Below, in pieces: positions 57,288 to 64,000 of a stretch of 64,000 bases of DNA (positions are counted from its first letter, which is position 1; every line of letters starts with the position of its first letter). This DNA comes from a bacterium (GTDB taxonomy: Bacteria; Patescibacteriota; Minisyncoccia; Moranbacterales; UBA1568): NCBI GenBank assembly GCA_021821305.1, contig JAKACP010000001.1, positions 404,349 through 468,348 on the forward strand, read 5' to 3'. The notes under the pieces are model-generated. The model did no database searches. It had not been told where the DNA came from and saw nothing but the letters and a program-made list of their open reading frames with translations. The translations under genes were made by a program, and so were the position numbers.

Positions 57288-59402
57288 TCACTTGCCGATC
57301 GCGATGCGCGCGTCGATGACGCGGAAATTGTCCGCGTCGGGAAAGACGTTGACCGGATTGATGTCGAGTTCCCGTATTTCCGGGAAATCCTCGACAAGCC
57401 GTGAGAGACGTTCGAGCAATTCGACGATGTGGTCGGTATCGATCCTGGCTTCGCCACGGGCGCCGTCGAGGATCGAGGCGCTCCGCAGTTCCGAGAGCAT
57501 CTCGAGGGCGTCCTCGCGGACGATCGGCGCGAAGCGGAACGATGCGTCGTTCAGCACTTCGGTGTAGATGCCGCCCATGCCGACGACGAGCACGGTGCCG
57601 AGCCCCGGTTCCTGCTTCGCTCCGAAGATGAGCTCCTTGCCTCCGGACATCGCCATCTCGACGATCATCGCGCCTTCGAGGCGCGCCTCGGGGGCCTTCA
57701 TGCGCACCCGGTGGAGGAGCTCTCCGAATTTCTGTCCCGCTTCCTCGGGTGCGACGTTGAGCATGACGCCGCCCAATTCCGTCTTATGTATGATGTCCGG
57801 GGAAACGATCTTGAGGACGACCGGCCGGCCGATCTCCCGCGCCGCCTTGTCCGCTTCCTCGGGACTGCGGACATAGGTGCTCCGGAGGATCGGAAATCCG
57901 TACGCGCGGAGGACCTCGTAGGCCTCGCGCTCGTAGAGCATGGTGCGCTCCTCGGCGAAGACGCGCGCGAAGATTTCCTTCGCCCGGTCACGGTCGATAT
58001 CGGGGAATTCACGCTTCGCGGAGAAACCGCCCGACCGCCACTTCGCCACCTGTGCCATGGAACCGAGCGCCTTCGCTCCCTCTTCGGGATAGGCGAAGAC
58101 GGATACTCCCGCTTCCCTGAGTATTTCCGCTCCCGCCTCGAGGAGCGACGATCCGGCGAAGACCGCGACGACGGGCTTGCCGCAGGATCGTTTGGTTTCC
58201 ACGATGGCGCGTGCCGTCTCTTCGGCTTCCGTCATGGACTGCGGCGTGAGGATCACGAGCAGGCTGTCCACACCCTCTTCCGCCGACACGAGTTCGAGCG
58301 CCGCGCGGTATCGGTCGCTCTTGGCGTCTCCGAGGACGTCCACCGGATTCTCGACGCTCGCCGCCTGGGGGAGCGCCCGGTGGAGCGCGGCCTTGGTGTC
58401 GTCGGAGAGGGCGGCCAATGTGAGGCCGGCCCGGCTCGCCGCGTCGGTCGCGAGCACGCCGGGTCCGCCGGCGTTGGTGATGATGGCGACGGAACTCCCG
58501 CGGGGGAGGGGATTCTTGGAAAAGATCGACACGGCGTCGAGCAGTTCGCGGAGCGTGTCGGCGCGGAGCATGCGCGATTGCCGGAAGATCGACTCATACG
58601 CGGCCTCGGAACCGGCGAGCGCGCCGGTATGCGAGCTCGTCGCCTTTATCCCGCTCTCGCTCCGTCCCGACTTGAGGCCGATGATGGGCTTGGGTTCGGC
58701 GCGGGAGATCGCGCTCCGGCCGATTTCGACGATCGCGGCCGCATCGGTGAGGTTTTCGGAATAAAACGACACTACCTTGGTCGAGTCATCCTCGGCGAAG
58801 AAGGTAAGGAGCGCCTTCTCGTCGATCACCGCCTTGTTGCCGGTGCTCACGAACTTGGAGAAGCCGACTTCCCCTCGGGCGAGGTCGAGCATGGCGGTGC
58901 AGAGCGCACCTGACTGCGAGAAGAACGCGACCGGGCCGTCGTCAGGCAGTACGGGTGCGAACGAGGCGTTGAGACCGATCTTCGGGTGCAGGAACCCGAG
59001 ACAGTTCGGTCCGAGGAGCGCGATGCCGTATTGTCCGGCGATCGTCGCGACCGTGTCTTCGAGCACCTTGCCGTCCGGCCCGGTTTCCTTGAATCCGGCC
59101 GAGATGATGGCGGCCGCCCTGATACCTTTTTCTCCGGATTGCCGGAGCACTTCCGGGACGATGGCGGCCGGGACGATGATGATGGCGAGCTCCGGCGTGC
59201 CGGGGACGCTCGCGAGGTCTGGGTAGCAGGGGACGCCGAAGAGTTCGGTGGTTTTCGGATTGACGAGGAAGGTCTCTCCCGCGAATTCGCCTTGGGTGAG
59301 ATTTTTCGCGATGTCGTTCCCGACGCTTCCCGGAGTGGTCGAGGCCCCGATGACGGCGATCGACTTCGGCGAGAACAATATATTGAGATCGGAGGTCTGC
59401 AT
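57288..59402 (-). CDS. Acetate--CoA ligase (ADP-forming), fused alpha/beta
   Basis: PKSIAVIGAS, GPNCLG, SQSGA, SHTGALAG, TNAGGPG, HKTE and ELDINP motifs. Confidence 0.93.
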   Translation of the reverse strand: MQTSDLNILFSPKSIAVIGASTTPGSVGNDIAKNLTQGEFAGETFLVNPKTTELFGVPCYPDLASVPGTPELAIIIVPAAIVPEVLRQSGEKGIRAAAIISAGFKETGPDGKVLEDTVATIAGQYGIALLGPNCLGFLHPKIGLNASFAPVLPDDGPVAFFSQSGALCTAMLDLARGEVGFSKFVSTGNKAVIDEKALLTFFAEDDSTKVVSFYSENLTDAAAIVEIGRSAISRAEPKPIIGLKSGRSESGIKATSSHTGALAGSEAAYESIFRQSRMLRADTLRELLDAVSIFSKNPLPRGSSVAIITNAGGPGVLATDAASRAGLTLAALSDDTKAALHRALPQAASVENPVDVLGDAKSDRYRAALELVSAEEGVDSLLVILTPQSMTEAEETARAIVETKRSCGKPVVAVFAGSSLLEAGAEILREAGVSVFAYPEEGAKALGSMAQVAKWRSGGFSAKREFPDIDRDRAKEIFARVFAEERTMLYEREAYEVLRAYGFPILRSTYVRSPEEADKAAREIGRPVVLKIVSPDIIHKTELGGVMLNVAPEEAGQKFGELLHRVRMKAPEARLEGAMIVEMAMSGGKELIFGAKQEPGLGTVLVVGMGGIYTEVLNDASFRFAPIVREDALEMLSELRSASILDGARGEARIDTDHIVELLERLSRLVEDFPEIRELDINPVNVFPDADNFRVIDARIAIGK

Positions 59403-59451
59403 AGCGGAAAAAAAGAGATTACGGTACCAGTATAGCGGATGACCCCATCTC

Positions 59452-59480
59452 TTGACAAAAGAGCCATTTTTTGCTATCAT
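59452..59480 (+). promoter_or_regulatory. Sigma70 promoter
   Basis: TTGACA-17 bp-TATCAT with extended -10 TG. Confidence 0.7.
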
Positions 59481-59507
59481 ATAGCGTTAAAAATTAGGGG
59501 AAGAATT

Positions 59508-60449
59508 ATGTCGTATTTCGGTTTGAAAGAAGCGAAAATCGCGGGTATTTTCGTAGGGGCCGCTCTCGCGGTGTTCCTGCCGATTTTCGCTTTCGGTGAC
59601 AACGATGTCATCTTCGTGGACGATGACGCGAGCGGATCCCAGACGGGCTCCTACGATCATCCGTATCGCACGATAGGGAAAGCGCTCGATCATGCGGACA
59701 GCGGGACGGAAGTCCGTGTGAAAAAGGGCACCTACAAGGAAAACATCGAGATCCCGAAAGGCGTGAAGGTGGTGAGCGACGGCGAGGACCGTTCGGATGT
59801 CACCATCGACGGCAGTTCCAAGAAGCCGACGGTCACGATGAAGCACAAGTCCACCCTGAGCCACGTCACGGTCAAGGAAGGCCGGAACGGAATCCGTATA
59901 AACGACGACTCCAAGGCGCACATCTTCGATGTGCTCGTGAAGGATGCGGAACGGGACGGCATCTTCATCGAATCGTCTCCGCGCGACAAGAAGTACCGCG
60001 CCTACATCGACAAGGTCGAGATCAAGGACAGCGGCAAGACGGGTATCTACGCGAAGAAGCGTCTCGTCGTCATCGTCAACAGCAAGATCCATAACAATGA
60101 TTCCGAAGGAATCGATTTCCAGGCCGGTGTCGACGCGTGGCTCGAAGGGAACAAGGTGTACGACAACAAGGGAACCGGATGGAAGGTCGTCATGGACGGT
60201 TCGGAGATCTGGACCACCAAGAACGATTTTCGCCGCAACGGACGGGAAGGCATCCAGGTCGAGAGCTTCGGCGCTCCCAGCAAGTTCGGGGTGAAGAAGT
60301 CGAAGGCGGTCGACAACGGCCGGTACGGCATAGCGATCGTCGCCCGCAACGACGCGGCGCTCGGCATGTGGAAGAGCATCTTCCTCGAGAACAATTCCGT
60401 CTTCGGAAACGTGCTCGGGCAGGTTTCGAAAGTCATTCTGGTCAGGTAG
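59508..60449 (+). CDS. Exported right-handed parallel beta-helix protein (DUF1565/pectin lyase-like)
   Basis: IFVDD..GSYDHPYRTIGKAL..GTYKE start and repeated GI beta-helix rungs. Confidence 0.85.
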   Translation: MSYFGLKEAKIAGIFVGAALAVFLPIFAFGDNDVIFVDDDASGSQTGSYDHPYRTIGKALDHADSGTEVRVKKGTYKENIEIPKGVKVVSDGEDRSDVTIDGSSKKPTVTMKHKSTLSHVTVKEGRNGIRINDDSKAHIFDVLVKDAERDGIFIESSPRDKKYRAYIDKVEIKDSGKTGIYAKKRLVVIVNSKIHNNDSEGIDFQAGVDAWLEGNKVYDNKGTGWKVVMDGSEIWTTKNDFRRNGREGIQVESFGAPSKFGVKKSKAVDNGRYGIAIVARNDAALGMWKSIFLENNSVFGNVLGQVSKVILVR

Positions 60450-60532
60450 ATCGGTTGTCATATATTTCGGGTTAAACGGTATTAATGTCGGACGAGGCAG
60501 AGAGCGGCTTTGTTTGATCAATAGAGACGATT

Positions 60533-61702
60533 ATGAAAATCGCACTCATCGGACAAAAAGGCATTCCCGCGAAATCGGGCGGCGTGGAGAAGCACGTCGA
60601 AAAGCTCGCTGAACGGCTCGCGACGCTCGGTCACGAGGTGACCGTGTATACGCGGCCGCACTACACGGACAAGGCCCTGCGCGAGTGGCAGGGGGTACGT
60701 CTCGTGTCTTTGCCGAGCATCCGCACGAAGCATCTCGACGCGATCACGCACACCTTCGTGGCGACCATGCACGCGTTGTTCCAGGACTACGACGTGATCC
60801 ACTATCAGTCGATCGGGCCGTCGACGCTCGCGTTCATCCCGCGGATCTTCAAGCGCGGGGCGCTCGTCATCGCGACCTTCCACAGCCGGGACTACTTCCA
60901 TAAGAAGTGGGGATCGTTCGCCAAATGGTTCCTTCATCGGGCGGAGAATCTGACGTGCACGGTGCCCGAGAAGACCATCGCGATCAGTCGCGGCATCGTC
61001 GAGTACGCGCGTGAGCGGTACGGCACCGACATTCTCTACATCCCGAACGGTGCGGAAGGAGAACCGGTGAGGACCACCGAATTCCTCTCCGCGTTCGGAC
61101 TCCGGGAGAAACGCTATGTCCTCGCGGTATCGCGGCTCGTCGAGCACAAGGGTATCCACTATCTCGTGAAGGCGTTCCAGGATCTCGAAGATACGGGAAA
61201 ACTTCCGAACAATCTCAAACTGGTGATCGTCGGCACGCACGCCGAGACGCCGGAGTACGAGGCGTACCTCAAGACCATGAGCGCCGGCCGGGACAACATC
61301 CTGTTCCTCGGCGAACAGACGGGGACCGCGCTCGCGGAACTCTTCTCGCACGCGGCCGTCTTCGTACAGCCGTCCGAGGACGAGGGTCTCTCGATCGCGC
61401 TCCTCGAGGCGATGAGCTACGGACTGCCCATCGTCGCGAGCGACATCTCGGGCAACGAGGAGGCGCTCGGCGGTGCCGGTGTCTACTTCCGGACCAAGGA
61501 TGTCGAATCGCTCAAGAACGAACTCGCCGCGCTCATCAATCGGCCGGAGGAGATGGACGTGTTCGGGAAACTGGCCCGCGGACGGGCGCAGAACGTGTAC
61601 GGATGGGAATCGATCGCGCGGCAGACCGTCGAAGCCTACGAGGACGCCCTGCGGGACCGCGCTCACACAACCTATGGATTACGGAGTAAGAAAAATGCGT
61701 AA
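60533..61702 (+). CDS. Glycosyltransferase family 4
   Basis: MKIALIGQKGIPAKSGGVE and EGLSIALLEAMSYG motifs. Confidence 0.93.
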   Translation: MKIALIGQKGIPAKSGGVEKHVEKLAERLATLGHEVTVYTRPHYTDKALREWQGVRLVSLPSIRTKHLDAITHTFVATMHALFQDYDVIHYQSIGPSTLAFIPRIFKRGALVIATFHSRDYFHKKWGSFAKWFLHRAENLTCTVPEKTIAISRGIVEYARERYGTDILYIPNGAEGEPVRTTEFLSAFGLREKRYVLAVSRLVEHKGIHYLVKAFQDLEDTGKLPNNLKLVIVGTHAETPEYEAYLKTMSAGRDNILFLGEQTGTALAELFSHAAVFVQPSEDEGLSIALLEAMSYGLPIVASDISGNEEALGGAGVYFRTKDVESLKNELAALINRPEEMDVFGKLARGRAQNVYGWESIARQTVEAYEDALRDRAHTTYGLRSKKNA

Positions 61703-62726
61703 ACCGGTTCTCGGATCGAAAGGGCGGTACTACCTCTTGGCCGCTCTTTTCGCGTCGTTCGCGTCGGCCTTGGTGCTCGCGGACTCGTTTCGGACGTACG
61801 AATCGGAGACGACGGCTATCATGCTCGCCAAGAGCGATCGGGCCGCCGTCCTCCTTCGATCGACGGTCGAGAATGCCGATCTCCTCGCCGATACGGATCC
61901 GTACCGGACGCGGTTCTTCGAGGAGCTCTCCGCGAAGAGCGGGAAATTCGACGAATTGTCCACATCCTCCCGTCGGGAGACGTTCGACGCGATGGTCGAC
62001 GTCGCCGCGGACGAGCGGGGAAGCGTGCTTCGCATACGCGGATACGCCGACGATCCCGACGATGCGAAGGAGATATCGCGCGTCGCGACCCTGTCGCTGT
62101 TCCGTTTCCTGGGACAGTATTATAATGTGAAGGAAGATGTCGACTTCCGTATCGCCGGCGGACCCACGACGGTCTCGGGCATTTCCCACATGCCGTCGTT
62201 CGTTCTCTCGAGCGTCGCGCTCGGTGTCCTCTCGACGTCGATCCTGTTCCTCGCCCTCTGGGCGCTCCCGCGGGTGTTCGCGCTTTCCGGCGGCCGTGCC
62301 GTTTCCCGGAAGCCGCTCCTCGATGCCGGGGTATTCGAGCCGAGCCGCCCGATGTCGCCGTATTTCGACCAGGCGCCCATGGAAACGTCCGTGTCACCGC
62401 GCGAACCGTTTCCGTCCGCTCCTCCGATGCCGACGAGCATGGAGGAACCCCTGCCGATGCCGCCCGTGCCGGCGGAACCGGCTCCGGCGCATATCAAGAG
62501 CGCGTCCGCTCCGGTGAACCTTCCCTCGCTTTCCGAAGCCGAGGAGCAGTTTCTGCGGGAGTTCTCCTTCGAAGGATCGCTCGAGGAAGAAGGCACTGAC
62601 GAGGCTCGCGAAGCCGTCCGAACCGGGGCCGAGTCCGTCGTACCAGCACCGGAACCCGAAGCGCCCCGCGATGAACCGACGGAAGCGGAATACAAACGGC
62701 GCCTCAACGAACTGCTCAGAGGGTAA
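61695..62726 (+). CDS. Wzz-like two-TM protein with Pro/Glu-rich cytoplasmic tail
   Basis: Two TM helices flanking a soluble domain; tail ends EPTEAEYKRRLNELLRG. Confidence 0.65.
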   Translation: MRKPVLGSKGRYYLLAALFASFASALVLADSFRTYESETTAIMLAKSDRAAVLLRSTVENADLLADTDPYRTRFFEELSAKSGKFDELSTSSRRETFDAMVDVAADERGSVLRIRGYADDPDDAKEISRVATLSLFRFLGQYYNVKEDVDFRIAGGPTTVSGISHMPSFVLSSVALGVLSTSILFLALWALPRVFALSGGRAVSRKPLLDAGVFEPSRPMSPYFDQAPMETSVSPREPFPSAPPMPTSMEEPLPMPPVPAEPAPAHIKSASAPVNLPSLSEAEEQFLREFSFEGSLEEEGTDEAREAVRTGAESVVPAPEPEAPRDEPTEAEYKRRLNELLRG

Positions 62727-62747
62727 GACTTCATCTATCGATACGCT

Positions 62748-64000
62748 ATGCAATCCAAGCACTCGGCCTCTTTCTGGATCACGTTCGCGGTTTTGGCCGG
62801 TCTTTTTCTCTTCGGTTGGTTCGTCTTCTGGGAAGTGAAGCACCAGGGGCTCGGCTCGCTGTCCGGTATCATGGACAAGCTTCCGGTTTCGAGTGGCCTG
62901 AAGGGGAATGCGACGGCCGTCGGATTCCTCGCCGATGCGGTGATGGACACCGACGGGGAAGAGCGGGTCTATCTCATACTGCTCCAGAACAATCTCGAGC
63001 TCCGTCCCGGTGGCGGCTTCATCGGATCCTTCGGTATCCTCAAGGTGAAAGACGGCCACGTCACGGACTTCTCGATCCACGATTCCGGCGTCTTCGACGG
63101 GCGTATCCCCGACACCGTGGAGCCGCCGTATCCGATGAAGGAGACGCTGGGTATCCCGTCGTGGAAACTGCGCGACTCCAACTGGGAACCGGACTTTCCG
63201 ACCAACGCGAAAAAGGCGGTCGAATTTTACGAGCTCGGACAAGGAGGGGAGAAATTCGACGGCATCGTGGGCATCACCACGGATGTCCTGTCCTCGTTCC
63301 TCCGCGTGACCGGACCGGTGGAGGTCCCCGGATATCCGGGAACGTACTCGGCGGAGAATGCCGTGATCGACCTCGAATACCAGGTGGAAAAGGGCTATGC
63401 CGAACAGGGTATCGAAACCGGTGAGCGGAAGTCGGTGATGGGCATCCTCGGCGATCAGATCCTCGTGAAAGTGCGGGAACTGCCCCCGCAGGATCTGTTC
63501 AAGCTGTTCCAGGTCATACTCACCGATCTCGACCAGAAGGACATACAGCTCAATTTCGCCGACGCGGATCTCCAGCGTCAGGTGGTATCGGCCGGGTGGG
63601 CCGGAAGCTTCGACGGTGGCTGGCCGGACGATTTCGTCATGGCCGTCGACGCGAACCTCAATTCCTGGAAGAGCGACGCGGTCGTGAAGCGGTCGCTCGA
63701 CTACGAGATCGACCTCTCGGGCGAGACTCCGAAGGCGAGAACCACCATCCATTATGAGCATACCGGCAAGGTCAAGGATTTCATGACCAAGGATTACCAG
63801 ACGTTTCTCCGGCTCTACGTGCCGGAAGACAGCTGGCTCCGATCCGTTTCCGGAAATGCGAAGGAGCCGGTGTTCGGCGATTTCATGGGAAAGAAATACT
63901 TCGGCGTGCTCGTGCATGTCCCCCTGGGCACGTCGAAGGACGTTTCTTTCGAGTATGATCTCCCCAAGGATCTCGAACGGACCCTCTATGATCTCAAGAT
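62748..64000 (+). CDS. DUF4012-type protein, 3'-truncated by window edge
   Basis: ATG at 62748, N-terminal TM, YLILLQNNLELRPGGGFIGS and LRDSNWEPDFP motifs; absent from the ORF track because it has no stop in the window. Confidence 0.85.
   Translation, partial: MQSKHSASFWITFAVLAGLFLFGWFVFWEVKHQGLGSLSGIMDKLPVSSGLKGNATAVGFLADAVMDTDGEERVYLILLQNNLELRPGGGFIGSFGILKVKDGHVTDFSIHDSGVFDGRIPDTVEPPYPMKETLGIPSWKLRDSNWEPDFPTNAKKAVEFYELGQGGEKFDGIVGITTDVLSSFLRVTGPVEVPGYPGTYSAENAVIDLEYQVEKGYAEQGIETGERKSVMGILGDQILVKVRELPPQDLFKLFQVILTDLDQKDIQLNFADADLQRQVVSAGWAGSFDGGWPDDFVMAVDANLNSWKSDAVVKRSLDYEIDLSGETPKARTTIHYEHTGKVKDFMTKDYQTFLRLYVPEDSWLRSVSGNAKEPVFGDFMGKKYFGVLVHVPLGTSKDVSFEYDLPKDLERTLYDLK

Overview
A GC-rich bacterial chromosomal window using standard code 11, almost all on the + strand. 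The gene content points to Patescibacteria/CPR (Parcubacteria, possibly Moranbacteria-like); this is inference from the type IV pilins, a DUF4012-type protein, a short non-discriminating AspRS, dispersed GT4/Wzz-like genes, and core genes without Shine-Dalgarno (SD) sites. Housekeeping content: a type IV pilin cluster with pilD, then ligA, gatCA, secDF, tyrS, pheST, rnpB, speD, a two-component pair, aspS, mreBCD-mrdA, greA, lysS, tRNA-Val(CAC), serS, tRNA-Lys(TTT), frr, rseP, an ADP-forming acetate-CoA ligase and surface-glycan genes. The most unusual signals are five. (1) An accessory block at about 49.2-57.3 kb holds a lipoprotein, a membrane-anchored LysM/Pro-rich/putative beta-barrel protein, and stand-alone promoter-SD-secreted-protein cassettes. 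(2) A ~160-200 bp highly structured intergenic element occurs in three copies with compensatory stem changes. (3) A promoter-driven, ~150-nt rod-shaped ncRNA candidate (6S-like) lies between tyrS and pheS. (4) There are two MITE-like elements plus small in-frame palindromic or heptamer insertions in genes. (5) A possible regulatory leader ORF precedes a DsbA-SurA operon. No CRISPR array, transposase, integrase or reverse transcriptase was seen. All calls come from reading the sequence; no searches were run.
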